From positions 64,001 through 128,000 of the forward strand of contig CAWAGQ010000003.1 in NCBI GenBank assembly GCA_963781585.1: a stretch of 64,000 nucleotides of DNA, given 5' to 3'. Source of the stretch: an uncultured Gemmatimonadaceae bacterium (GTDB lineage: Bacteria > Gemmatimonadota > Gemmatimonadetes > Gemmatimonadales > Gemmatimonadaceae). How positions within the stretch are numbered: the first letter of the stretch is position 1; each line of letters starts with the position of its first letter. Of the stretch, positions 35,801-45,275 are shown one piece after another. The notes beneath the pieces were generated by a model. That model did no database searches and had not been told where the DNA came from. It saw only the letters and a list, made by a program, of their open reading frames with translations. Made by a program: the position numbers and the translations under genes.

Positions 35801-35870
35801 GAGTGCGGAGCTGGAGATCGTCGTGTCCGATGGCGTACGGAGCGAGCACCGCCGGATCATCCCGCGATAG
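32844..35870 (+). CDS. Large putative lipoprotein with about 5 beta-sandwich repeats and a zinc metallopeptidase domain (M66-like)
   Basis: Lipobox-like LAAAC; about 87-aa repeats (L.V.V.GLP.G...V.GP.G...L.PG.Y); HEVGHNFGRWH (HExxHxxGxxH); DLMGYC Met-turn. Start uncertain. Confidence 0.78.
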   Translation: MANTGHRQPGICRSPRNPSAGRAARLTMMAALAAACARSDRHGVTEPPQGFQTAALAVSVSGLPDGAGADIEITGPGGYVITLARDQTLTGLTPGTYTFQIGTVHSGGFSYAAGPSSRTVTISAGSTPVNVPIAYSLITGALTVTISGLPDGTSSVVTVSGPAGYHATLSLSTTLSDLEPGTYTLTGTPVAAGSDTYDVAAPVGASVVASLTPTAATVGYQITTGRLDVSVTGLPGGTDASVHVAGPNAFSAQVTATTTLSGLTPGAYAVTATSVPAGQDSYTPLPSTQSADVVASVTPTPVSVAYAITTGRLDVSVTGLPGATSGDVTVTGPSGFHASVGASTTLTALVPGTYTVAAASVPSGANVYAPSVTSQAVIVTASVTPATAVVTYALQPGALHVAVGGLPGGVNAAVSVSGPEGFLASLSATQTLSNLTPGAYVITANTVSSGGTTYDASPTSQNATVTSNATASASVTYTPGAAAINLTIDDLYITQVVQTLTGNVPLVAGRDGLLRVFVRATQANNAHPDVRVRFYSGGNLASTVTITAPGTSVPTSINEGLLLSTWNVVVPAALLQPGLAVVADVDPGNVVGESDEADNSYPVSGTPLTLDVRNVSPFSFRMVPVNQIANSTTGNVTAGNIDQFLTTLRQIYPLLTVDTDLRATYTTAAPALESNDGNGAWLQILSEVNALRTADGSSRYYFGVVHTIYHSGVAGLGYVPGHAAIGWDYLPSATTVTAHEVGHNFGRWHAPCGNPSAVDPLYPYAGGAIGVYGYDATSGVLKPPTNSDLMGYCSNVWISDYNYVGVLNYRTAHPDVVTAGFGNVRQPALLLWGRVHNGRVILEPAYEIEAPPQLPAHPGRNLLEGLGTSGEILLSLSFDGEQVADAVDPDEQTFAFAVPLATLRGRSLARLRLTALGQQVELRSAGAPGDPVIVDAAGAPTATRAGAGALRVRWSEPTVRGVLIRDARTGEILSFAHGGDVTLRSTSAELEIVVSDGVRSEHRRIIPR

Positions 35871-35877
35871 CGAGTCA

Positions 35878-35974
35878 TCAGCAGTCAGCCTTCGGCACTC
35901 AGCTTTCAGCAGTCAGGTCAGGGCTGTAAGCTGATAGCTGATCGCTGATCGCTGATCGCTGCCAACTGATGGCT
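35878..35974. repeat. Inverted pair of heptamer arrays, (TCAGCNN)n then (NNGCTGA)n; long-hairpin potential
   Basis: tcagcag tcagcct tcggcac tcagctt tcagcag ... aagctga tagctga tcgctga tcgctga, followed by TTTT. Confidence 0.85.
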
Positions 35975-35996
35975 TTTCCTCCCACCCCTGCAAGTC

Positions 35997-37403
35997 ATGG
36001 CTCAGTACGACGTGATCTTCATCGGCGGCGGCCCCGCCGGCTACGTGGGCGCCATTCGCTGCGGTCAGCTCGGACTTTCCACGGCCGTCATCGAGCGCGA
36101 CGGACTCGGCGGCACCTGCGTCCTGTGGGGATGCATTCCCGCGAAGGCGCTCCTGGAAAGCTCGGCGATGGCTTCGCGCATGAAACACGCCGCCGAGTTC
36201 GGCGTGAGCGTGGGAGATGTGAAGCTGGACTACGGCGTCGCGATGAAACGGTCGCGCGCCGTGAGCCTGCAGAATTCCAAGGGCGTCGAGTTCCTCTTCA
36301 AGAAGTACAAGGTCACGTGGATCAAAGGCACCGGGCGCCTCGCCGGGGGATCGTCCGTGGCTGTGACGACGGCGGATGGCAAGGAGGAGAAGCACGAGGC
36401 CAGGAAGGGAATTGTGCTGGCAACGGGATCTCGCGTGCGAGGACTCCCGCAGATCGGCCTCGAGCTGGACAAGACCAACGTCCTGTCGTCTGACGACGCC
36501 CTCACGCTCGAGCGGGCGCCGAAGACGATGGCCATCATCGGCGCCGGCGCAGTGGGTTGTGAATTCGCCGATGTGTTCAACGCATTCGGAACACAGGTCA
36601 CTCTCATTGAGGTGCTGCCCGCCATTCTCCCCATTGAAGACGCCGACGCCAGCACCGATCTCTCACGCTCGTTCCGCAAACGGAAGATCGAGGTCCTGAC
36701 CGCCGCCAGAATCTCCGGCGCGAAAGTCGGCAAGGGGTTGGTGAAGCTCACGGTGGAGACCGGCGGCGAGAAGAAACAGCTCGAGGTGGAACAGGTGCTC
36801 GTCGCGGCCGGGCGTGCCCCGAACGTGGAAGACCTGGGTCTCGAAAAGGCAGGCGTGCAACTGACCGAGCGCGGCTTCATCAAGGTCGACACCACAACCT
36901 ACCAGACGTCCGCCACGAGGATCTACGCGATCGGCGACGTCATCGGCCCGCCGATGCTCGCGCACAAGGGCTTTCGCGAGGGCCACATCCTGGCCGAGCG
37001 CCTGGCGGGTCAGAATCCACACCCGCTGACGTACGACAACATCCCCAATGCCACCTACTGCCATCCCGAGGTCGCCTCGATCGGCCTGACGGAACAGCAG
37101 TGCAAGGACCAGAAGCTCAGCTACAAGGTCGGGAGGTTTCCGTTCTCGGCGAACGGTCGCGCTCGCACCGCCGGCGAGACGGAAGGATTCGTGAAGATCA
37201 TCCGCGACACGAAGTACGGAGAGATCCTCGGCGCTCACATCGTTGGCGCACACGCCACGGAGCTGATCCACGAGCTGGTAGTGGCGCGCGAGAACGAGTT
37301 CACGGTCGAGGAGGTGGAACTCGCCATTCACGCGCATCCGACGCTATCGGAGGCGGTGAGCGAGGCGGCTCTGGATTCGCTCGGGATGATGATTCATGCG
37401 TAG
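35997..37403 (+). CDS. lpdA: Dihydrolipoamide dehydrogenase
   Basis: GGGPAGY, GGTCVLWGCIP, GAGAVG.E, HAHPTLSE. Confidence 0.97.
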   Translation: MAQYDVIFIGGGPAGYVGAIRCGQLGLSTAVIERDGLGGTCVLWGCIPAKALLESSAMASRMKHAAEFGVSVGDVKLDYGVAMKRSRAVSLQNSKGVEFLFKKYKVTWIKGTGRLAGGSSVAVTTADGKEEKHEARKGIVLATGSRVRGLPQIGLELDKTNVLSSDDALTLERAPKTMAIIGAGAVGCEFADVFNAFGTQVTLIEVLPAILPIEDADASTDLSRSFRKRKIEVLTAARISGAKVGKGLVKLTVETGGEKKQLEVEQVLVAAGRAPNVEDLGLEKAGVQLTERGFIKVDTTTYQTSATRIYAIGDVIGPPMLAHKGFREGHILAERLAGQNPHPLTYDNIPNATYCHPEVASIGLTEQQCKDQKLSYKVGRFPFSANGRARTAGETEGFVKIIRDTKYGEILGAHIVGAHATELIHELVVARENEFTVEEVELAIHAHPTLSEAVSEAALDSLGMMIHA

Positions 37404-37409
37404 GGACGG

Positions 37410-37500
37410 CATAGGCCACGGGCCACAGGCCATGGGCCATAGGCGACAGGCCATAGGCGACAGGCCATAGGCGACAGGCCATAGGCGACAGGCCATAGGA
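37410..37500 (+). repeat. 13 heptamer units including (CATAGGC GACAGGC)4
   Basis: Read directly; reverse-complement family of the TGGCCTA array; ends at the lipB RBS. Confidence 0.95.
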
Positions 37501-37509
37501 GGAGGCCGG

Positions 37510-38448
37510 GTGACGGTTTCGGAGCTCGTAGCGGTCGATCTCGGCCGGATGGCATACGGCCCCGCGCTCGAGTTCCAGCGCGCGCTGGCCCGCGAGCGCA
37601 TCGAGGGACGCCTGGACCAGGACGTCCTGCTGCTGGTTGAGCACACCCCGGTCGTGACGCTTGGCCGCGCATCGCGCGAGCAGCACGTGCTGGCCACGCG
37701 CGACGCGCTGGCGGCGCGGGGGGTGGACGTCTACGAGGTGGAGCGCGGCGGCGACGTGACCTTTCACGGTCCGGGACAGCTTGTCGGATACCCGATCCTG
37801 GACCTTGGGCATCATCGAAAGGACCTCCACTGGTACCTGCGTCAGGTCGAGGAAGTAATCATGCGGGCATTGGCGCCTTATGGCCTTCTGGCGGAGCGCA
37901 AGCCGGGCTTTACGGGAGTTTGGACGCGGGGGAAGGGTACGCCACCGTTGGTGGCGCGATTGGGCTCTCAGGAGGCTGTGAGCGCCGTGGAGGACGCAGG
38001 GAGACGAGGCGGCGGCCTGGATTCTGTCGGGGCGTCTGCGGGTGCGCCCGCGAAATCGACCCGCGCCCTCGAGGGTGGACTGCCGGCTCGAGCCCGGCAC
38101 CCTTCCCCCCCGGCCCCCGGTTCCACCCCGTCGGGCGCCGGATCATCGCTTCGGAAGATCGCATCAATCGGCGTGCATGCGCGCGACTGGATCACCTGGC
38201 ATGGCTTTGCACTGAACGTCTCCACCGACCTCTCGTACTTCGACCTGATTATCCCCTGCGGAATCTCCGATGTGTCCATGACCTCGATGGCGCGTGAGCT
38301 GCCTGGCGTGGAGCCTGCGCTGAAGGAGGTGACGCACCGCGTGGCACAGGAATTCGCGGACGTGTTCAACTGCGCGCTGCGCTGGGAGCGTCGCGAGTCG
38401 TTCCACGGTGCCGTCGCGGTCGGTTCAGAACGCATGGCGGACGCCTAG
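37510..38448 (+). CDS. lipB: Octanoyltransferase LipB with an in-frame insert of about 70 aa
   Basis: EH.PV.TLG, RGGDVTFHGPGQLVGYP, GVW, KIASIG, HGFALN, IIPCG. Confidence 0.94.
   Translation: MTVSELVAVDLGRMAYGPALEFQRALARERIEGRLDQDVLLLVEHTPVVTLGRASREQHVLATRDALAARGVDVYEVERGGDVTFHGPGQLVGYPILDLGHHRKDLHWYLRQVEEVIMRALAPYGLLAERKPGFTGVWTRGKGTPPLVARLGSQEAVSAVEDAGRRGGGLDSVGASAGAPAKSTRALEGGLPARARHPSPPAPGSTPSGAGSSLRKIASIGVHARDWITWHGFALNVSTDLSYFDLIIPCGISDVSMTSMARELPGVEPALKEVTHRVAQEFADVFNCALRWERRESFHGAVAVGSERMADA
37928..38109. mobile_element. Candidate palindromic/MITE-like element inside lipB
   Basis: Terminal inverted repeat GGGGGAAGGGT / ACCCTTCCCCC and four internal palindromes. Confidence 0.4.
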
Positions 38449-38556
38449 TCGACGCCGCGCACGCTCTCTGCAGCCGGGCGCCTCGGCTTGTTAGATTCGT
38501 CGCGTCAGTCGGCGCACTCGCTGGCCGGCTGTGCTTCCGTCACCCCGAGGACGTTC

Positions 38557-38952
38557 ATGAGAATCGTGTCCACCGTAAGACGCACACCACTGGCAGCGGT
38601 CGTGATCGCCGCGACGGTTGCACTGGCCGCCTGCAAGGACTCCCGTATCGCGCAGCTCCAGGTCGGCATCAGCAAGGACTCCATGCTCAAGGTCCTGGCG
38701 AACGGCGCACCAGTCGGCGACTCGCTGCCTCTTGTATATCGCCACAACAGCTACCTGGTGTCGGGCAAGTTCTTCGACGTCTACTACTACGATCGCAAGG
38801 GTCGCAAGTACGGCGAAACGAAGGTCATCCGGCAGAAGGACGTGGTACCCATCTTCGTCGTGGATGGCGTCGTAGATGGATGGGGCTGGTCGCACAGCGA
38901 CTCACTGCAGGCGCAATACAAGATCCCGGCGCGCGAAGATCTCCTGAAGTAG
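38557..38952 (+). CDS. Small lipoprotein of unknown function
   Basis: GAGG RBS, ATG 38557, lipobox LAAC. Confidence 0.75.
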   Translation: MRIVSTVRRTPLAAVVIAATVALAACKDSRIAQLQVGISKDSMLKVLANGAPVGDSLPLVYRHNSYLVSGKFFDVYYYDRKGRKYGETKVIRQKDVVPIFVVDGVVDGWGWSHSDSLQAQYKIPAREDLLK

Positions 38953-38979
38953 ACCTCTCGGCGCGCCGGGCAAGAGAGC

Positions 38980-39016
38980 GAGGGACGGACCCGACGGGCA
39001 GGGTCCGTCCCTCTTT
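38980..39016 (+). terminator. Rho-independent terminator
   Basis: 13-bp stem GAGGGACGGACCC/GGGTCCGTCCCTC followed by TTT. Confidence 0.7.
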
Positions 39017-39078
39017 GCGCCCGCTGCATCCGCGGGAGAAGCAATCCTCTGAAGTCCCCCCCGAAAACGCATGGTAGC

Positions 39079-39117
39079 AAAACACGCCGGGCCCCACCCG
39101 AAGGTGGAGCCCGGCGT
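39079..39117 (-). terminator. Rho-independent terminator of the Ig-like protein gene
   Basis: ACGCCGGGC..GCCCGGCGT stem with a U-tract on the minus strand. Confidence 0.7.
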
Positions 39118-39146
39118 TTACAGCCACTGCTACGTGAGCCTGAACC

Positions 39147-42100
39147 TTACGGCACCACGCAACCGAGTGTTGCCAGACCGTCGCCGGCGGCGCTCATACC
39201 GACCGCCACGACTGTCTGCGTGCTGACCAGGGCCGACGTAAACGTCGGGCTGGTGTACGTCCAGAACCGGTCCGTGCCCTGATCGAAGATCGAGGGGTTC
39301 GATCCCTGCACGCCAACCGTCGTTCCCAGGAACTGCCAGTAGTTGCCATCATAGGCGAAGAAGGCAACCTGCGGGAACGGCATGTTGGTGATGACCGTGG
39401 TGGTCTTGGCCTCGGCCTGCGCTGAACTGCCGGCGAGGGCCGACGCATCCCTTGACATACCACTGACCCACACCGATCGCACTGAGAAATCGTGCCCGGA
39501 GTGAGCTGCGCCGGCAGGATCGGGGCGACGAACAAGCCAGACGAATCCGGCGTTGCCCCAGCCAAGCGTGGCTTCCATCCGCTTGATGTCGTAGAACTGC
39601 GCGCCGACGAAGGTCGGACCATACGTGGCCGACACGACTGCAGGCGGCGTGGAATCGACGCCCGACACCATGTCGATACCGTTCAGGAAGCCGTGTGGTA
39701 CGGTGTAGCCGGTGGACGCCGAACATCGCGCCGTTACCGACCGGCGTCGCCAGCGTCGCCGCCGACGTTGCCAGCCACGGAGCGTGAACCGGCGGGAAGA
39801 CCGCGTACCGCAGCGGACCACCAGCCATGTTCGGGTAGTTCAGGAACAGCGCGCCGTCTGTGACTTCGAGGTCATCCGAGCCGTTCGGCACGAAGGCCAC
39901 GTTGCTCGCCCCCGGCAACGACGCCGGGAAGTTGATGCCCGTGATGAGCGGAGCTGCGATGTCGATGGCAGCACGACGGCTCAGCGTGGGCGACACGTTA
40001 CCAGCGCGGTCCTTGACGAACGCCAGGTAGTTGTAGTAGCCCGGTGAGGTCGCGGATGAGACCGCCCGTGGTCCCATAGACCGGCACCGATGTCACGACG
40101 ATACGTCGGGTCATCGATGCCGATCGGGAGCGCGACGTTCACGAATGCGCACGCCACGCCGCCTTCCGCGCAGGTGGTGCCCGAGGGCGCCACACGCGTG
40201 ATCTTGCGGGAGTAGTAGTTGTTGTTCAGGACGTCAAAGCCCGACCGCGTATCGCGAATCCGCACGGCGAACTGCGCATTGGTCGAGTTCATGCCTTGGG
40301 TGTTGTTGACCAGGTCGTTCAGGATCGAATCCGTGAGTCACATCGACCGCGAGACGGACTGATGGCGCACGCCGGATAGTTGGTCCATGACCGTGCCGGC
40401 ATCCGTGAACTGGATGGTCGGAGGCGTGGCGTCGACGCCGAACGTCATGACCGTGAGGCTCGGATTCCCGACGAGGTTCACCGTGCGTTTGTTGTGCAGC
40501 ATGTCCTGCACGGTCAGGCGCGCGTCATACGCGTTGTTCGTGAAGTCGATCGGGTTCTCCGGGATGTCGCTGGGATTGGCCGTAAAGGCAACCCAGGTCA
40601 CGCCGGCGACCGCGCGATCATCGTACTCGTACAGGTCGGTCGAGGCGGCGTCGATGCCGACACCCGTGCCGTCCGTCCCGCGGGTCGTGATTCCAGCAGC
40701 CAACCAGCTGAACGGCGTATTCGGCGCCGGAACCGTGTTGTTGTTGATCCAGTTGTTCGGGGCATCCAGCAGCTTCAGCACGGTTCCCGAGGGCGACAGG
40801 TTGTCGAGCAGGAAGCCCTGGTTCATGGAACCCGAGGCCAGGCCGCCGCTGAGCGGTGGCGGAGCCGGTGCCGGTGCGAACGCATTGGACGGCGCATTCA
40901 TCACGCCGCCGACCGTGTTCTGGAAGGCCGCATTCGCGTTGAAGAGCATGACCGAGCCGTCGGTGAACGTCACACCGGTGACATTCGGCAGCTCGCGAAG
41001 CCGCACGCCGTTGACCACCTGCGTGGGATCCGACTGATAGCCGCCCGTGCCCTGCGGGAAGAGCAGGGTCGCATTCTGCGAGCCGCCAAGGCAGGCTGCG
41101 GGCGTGCCCACAGCAACCGCGGCAGCCGGGGCACCAACCGAAGCCGGACCAGGCGTCCACGCAATCGCGCGTGTGCACACGGTCTTGGCGGTGCTGCCAT
41201 TTGGCGTGGTGGGCGTGTAGACAACCGGCACCGATGTCACGGTGACGTCACCCTGCCGCCATTCCTGTCCACCACCCGGAGCGGGACCCGTCGACACGAT
41301 GGACTTGAGGCCGCCGTTCTTCGCGGTGTTGTCCATGGTGACGTAGAAGCCGTCGCTGTTGTTGAAGTTCAGGCCGTACGTATTCGACGCACGCTGCGTC
41401 GGGATCGTAGCTGCCACATTCGCGACTGCCTTCACCACGTGGTTGCCGTTGAGGAAGTTCGCAACGCCCGTGGTAGTGTTGAAGCTGTCGGAGCGGAAAC
41501 TGAGAACAATGACGTCGCCAACGTTCGCGGCGGCGGTATTCGCAGCGGGCTCGATGCCAGCCGCTTCGTACGCGGACCGCTCGCGCATCGCGTTCTGCAC
41601 CGACGGAGAGAAATTCTGCGACGCGACGACGCGGTTGTCGACGAGCACGTCGAGCTGCGTCACCGTCTCGTCATTCGGCGTCAGGTTGACGGCGACGTCG
41701 AGCTGACCGAACGCGTTGGCGACGTTCACCGGCGTGTTCAGGTTGCCGAAGGTGATCGCCTGGATGTTGACGTTGGCGGGCACCGGCGGACGCACCGTGA
41801 CCACGAGCGCCGTGGCGATCGTGGCATCGACCGACGAGGCGACGGTAAACGTGGTGACCGAGGCCGTCGCGGAAACGCCCGTGACCACGATGCCGGAGCC
41901 GGACTTCGTCGCCGTGGCGATCGAAGCATTGCCGCCGCTGATCGCGAAGTCATGCGAGACGCCCGGATCGGCGGTCACGCTCACGGCCACGCCGATGGCG
42001 TTGTTCGCGCCCGGCGCAACGGTCACTGCAGAGGGGTTCACGCTGATCGCCTGTACGCCCTTGCTCGCCGACACCGTAATGGCCGCGGCGCCCTTCTTGT

Positions 42101-42410
42101 TCGCATCGACCGTGGACGCCGCGATGATCGACGCGGTTCCGGCAGCAACGGCCGTCACCATACCGTCGCCGTCGACCGAAGCAACCGAAGCGTTGCTCGT
42201 TGACCAGGTCACAGTCGTCGCGGCACTGCCGTTGACCACGACATCAGCCGCCAGCTGGAAATGGTCGCCAACGTGCAGCGTGGCAGCCGGCGGACTTACC
42301 GTCACGCTGACTACGCCGGCAGCCGGCTGGGTGATGGAGACGTCGTCACCGCAAGCGGCGAAGCTCACTACCGCGCCGACTGCGAGTAACGACCTGAAAA
42401 GCTTCTGCAT
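39147..42410 (-). pseudogene. Large Ig-like (Big_2) surface lipoprotein, about 1,085 codons, broken by at least 3 frameshifts in the 3' third (pseudogene or assembly indels)
   Basis: MQKLFRS..FAAC lipobox; VSVTVSP..VTWSTSNASVASVD Big_2-like domain. Coding-like sequence continues through track ORFs 40338-42470, 39981-40292, 39349-40077 and 39147-39821 in different frames. Confidence 0.72.
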
Positions 42411-42648
42411 TCTTTCCCCCTTCTGCAGAGTGTGAGTGTCCTGCTTGACCTGCATTGCCCGCGTTTGCACTTACTCGAACACTTTCAGCCGACTGCGTTG
42501 AATTACGATGTAGATGACCGCACAGCCGACGGCGGACGCAATGCGCCCTCCGCCGCTCTGCTCGAAAGACCCCGGCACCTTCGCCGGAGTCACCGACTCT
42601 CTGGGACACCACAGGCCCGGTATTGCCCGACCGGGCTGAAAGCGGCCC

Positions 42649-42678
42649 AAATTACAGTCCTGCTTGGAATTAGGTCAA
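42649..42678 (-). promoter_or_regulatory. Putative sigma70 promoter of the Ig-like gene
   Basis: TTGACC-18 nt-TAATTT on the minus strand, about 230 nt upstream of ATG 42410. Confidence 0.5.
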
Positions 42679-43163
42679 GGAAACGACGGTTACTTCGTGC
42701 CGCCTCTTCCCGCTGCGCCTCTGCTTCCAGAGCCGTGGCGCCTGGATCCGCCGCCGTCGCGTGAGGCCTGACCGCCTCCGCGCCCACGCGCAGACACCAC
42801 CGGGGACATGCCCGCGCGCGGAGCGCACTGGAGACTCGACATCGCGACGCCACCCGCTGTCCTGCGGTGGGATCGCGGCGGCGAATCTAAGGCTCCCGGG
42901 TTATCCCCGCCAGAGAAAAGTTCAACCAGCACGGAGCGCAAAGCCGGGCCATCAGAGGGAAAGCGGAGCCGAGCTCGACCGCAGCGACGTCCGCCCACAA
43001 CACTGATTCGCCCACCCCTCCCACTCCGGTTGTACCGACGAAGCGATCGTATCTGGCGTCACACATGAACTGCAACGGTCGGCGATGAGTTCTCGGCGAT
43101 CAGTAGCCAACGAATCCGCGGTAACCGATCAGCCGCCTCCGACCTTTGGCCTATATTCCCGCC

Positions 43164-45245
43164 ATGAGCGACCCGCGAGTCTACTCCCGCACCACCAGCG
43201 CGCCCTCGCCGTCCTCGTCCCGCGACCTCGCGGCCTCGCTCAATCCCGAACAGGCCGCCGCGGCAACCTTTGGCGACCAGCCACTCCTCATCGTCGCCGG
43301 GGCTGGCACCGGCAAGACCAGAACCCTGGTCTATCGGGTGGCCCACCTGGTCGACCGCGGCATCCAGCCCGAACGAATCCTGCTGCTCACCTTCACGCGA
43401 CGCGCCGCACAGGAGATGCTGACCCGGGCGGAACGCCTTGTGGGGAGTGCGAGCCGGCGGGTGCACGGGGGCACCTTCCACGCCACGGCGCACCGACTCT
43501 TGCGCCGGTTCGGCGCCGCGGCCGGCCTGGCCAGCGACTTCACCATCATGGACCAGGGCGACGCCGAGGACCTGATGCAGCTGTCGCGCTCGCAGCTGGG
43601 ACTCGCCGATACGAAGCGCCGATTCCCGAAGAAGGAATCGCTCCACTACCTCTATTCCCGCCACGTCAACACCGAGATTCCTGTCTCCGACATCCTCCAG
43701 GAGGAGTTTCCGCGCTTCGCGGAGTTCGAGCAGGACATCTCCCGCGTCTTCGCCGACTACACGCGTCGGAAGAGCGAACGAAACCTGGTGGACTATGATG
43801 ACCTCCTGGTCTTCTGGTGCTCCCTCCTCGAGAGCCCCGGGCCACTGGCGGAGCGAATCCGGCACCTGTACGACCATGTCCTGGTGGACGAGTACCAGGA
43901 CACCAACGTCCTCCAGGCGCGCATCCTCCGCGGTCTGTGCGCCGAACACCGGAACGTCACCGTGGTGGGCGACGACGCGCAAAGCATCTACTCATTTCGC
44001 GGCGCCAGCTTCCGCAACATCCTGGAATTTCCCGAGCAGTTTCCCGGAACCACGATCGTGCCGCTCGAACAGAATTACCGCTCCACGCAGCCCATCCTCG
44101 ACGTCACCAACACGCTCATCTCGCGCGCCGCCGAGCGCTACACCAAGAACCTCTGGACCCATCGTGACGGGGGTGACCGGCCATGGCTGGTGACCACGCG
44201 CGACGAACAGCAGCAGACGCGCTTCGTGGTGGAACGGATTCTCGAGCTGCACGAAGAGGGCATTCCCCTCAGGGAAATGGCGGTGTTGTTCCGCGCCGGC
44301 TACATGTCGGCCGACCTCGAGATCGAGCTCACGAACAGAGAGATTCCCTTCGAGAAGTGGGGAGGTCTCAAGTTCCTCGAAGCGGCACATGTGAAGGACA
44401 CGCTGGCGTTCCTGCGAGTCCTGGAGAACCCGCGCGACGAAGTAAGCTGGTACCGGATTCTCCTGCTGCTGCCCGGCATTGGCGACGTCACGGCGCGTGC
44501 GTGCGTGGACGCCATGGCCCGCGGAGGATGGTCGCTCGACGCGTTCCACGAGTTCGGCGCGCCGCCTCGCGCCCGCACCGCGCACGAACGCCTCGCCCAG
44601 CTCTTCCGCGAGCTGCAGAAGCGACCCTCGGAAGAAGGCGAGGTGGGCGCCGACATCGCGCGCGTTCGCGTCTTCTACGATGACATCCTGCGCGAACGAT
44701 ACGACCGCGTGGAGCCGCGCCTGGCCGACCTGGACCAGCTGCAGGTCATCGCGGGAGGATACCCCAGCCGGAGCGCCTTTCTGTCGGCCATTGCACTCGA
44801 GCCGCCGCAGGCCACCCAGGATCTCGCCGGCGGCAGCGCCGACGAGGACGACGCGCTGGTTCTCAGCACGGCGCACAGTGCCAAGGGGAAGGAATGGGAC
44901 GCGGTGTTCGTGATCTGGGCCGTGGACGGGTGGTTTCCCCTGTCGCGCGCACTGAACGACGACGATGAGACAGAAGAGGAGCGACGCCTGATGTACGTGG
45001 CGATGACCCGCGCCCGCGATCACCTCATGGTCACCTACCCGCTGAACGCCTACACCACGCGTCGTGGAGCCGACTACAGCATCGACCAGCTGTCGCGCTT
45101 CATCGACCGCGGCGTGCGAGAGCTGATGCAGCGCGTGGTGCCGAAGTTCGAGGACGAGCCGTCCGCGGAACCCGCGGTCCCCGCAACAGGGCTGGATCTG
45201 CGTGCGTTGATGCAGCGGCGTTTTGGAGGTGGGGCAAGCGCCTGA
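43164..45245 (+). CDS. SF1 UvrD/PcrA-like DNA helicase
   Basis: AGAGTGKT, TFT, GTFH, VDEYQD, VGDDAQSIYSFRG, NYRS, H.AKG.EW, EERRLMYVAMTRA. Confidence 0.94.
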   Translation: MSDPRVYSRTTSAPSPSSSRDLAASLNPEQAAAATFGDQPLLIVAGAGTGKTRTLVYRVAHLVDRGIQPERILLLTFTRRAAQEMLTRAERLVGSASRRVHGGTFHATAHRLLRRFGAAAGLASDFTIMDQGDAEDLMQLSRSQLGLADTKRRFPKKESLHYLYSRHVNTEIPVSDILQEEFPRFAEFEQDISRVFADYTRRKSERNLVDYDDLLVFWCSLLESPGPLAERIRHLYDHVLVDEYQDTNVLQARILRGLCAEHRNVTVVGDDAQSIYSFRGASFRNILEFPEQFPGTTIVPLEQNYRSTQPILDVTNTLISRAAERYTKNLWTHRDGGDRPWLVTTRDEQQQTRFVVERILELHEEGIPLREMAVLFRAGYMSADLEIELTNREIPFEKWGGLKFLEAAHVKDTLAFLRVLENPRDEVSWYRILLLLPGIGDVTARACVDAMARGGWSLDAFHEFGAPPRARTAHERLAQLFRELQKRPSEEGEVGADIARVRVFYDDILRERYDRVEPRLADLDQLQVIAGGYPSRSAFLSAIALEPPQATQDLAGGSADEDDALVLSTAHSAKGKEWDAVFVIWAVDGWFPLSRALNDDDETEEERRLMYVAMTRARDHLMVTYPLNAYTTRRGADYSIDQLSRFIDRGVRELMQRVVPKFEDEPSAEPAVPATGLDLRALMQRRFGGGASA

Positions 45246-45275
45246 TCCGGGAGGGCGGCCGCGGCGGCTCCTGCC

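Noticed and set aside
39147..42410. Diversity-generating retroelement target
   Set aside because: No reverse transcriptase or template/variable repeat pair in the window, and the lesions are indels rather than adenine substitutions.
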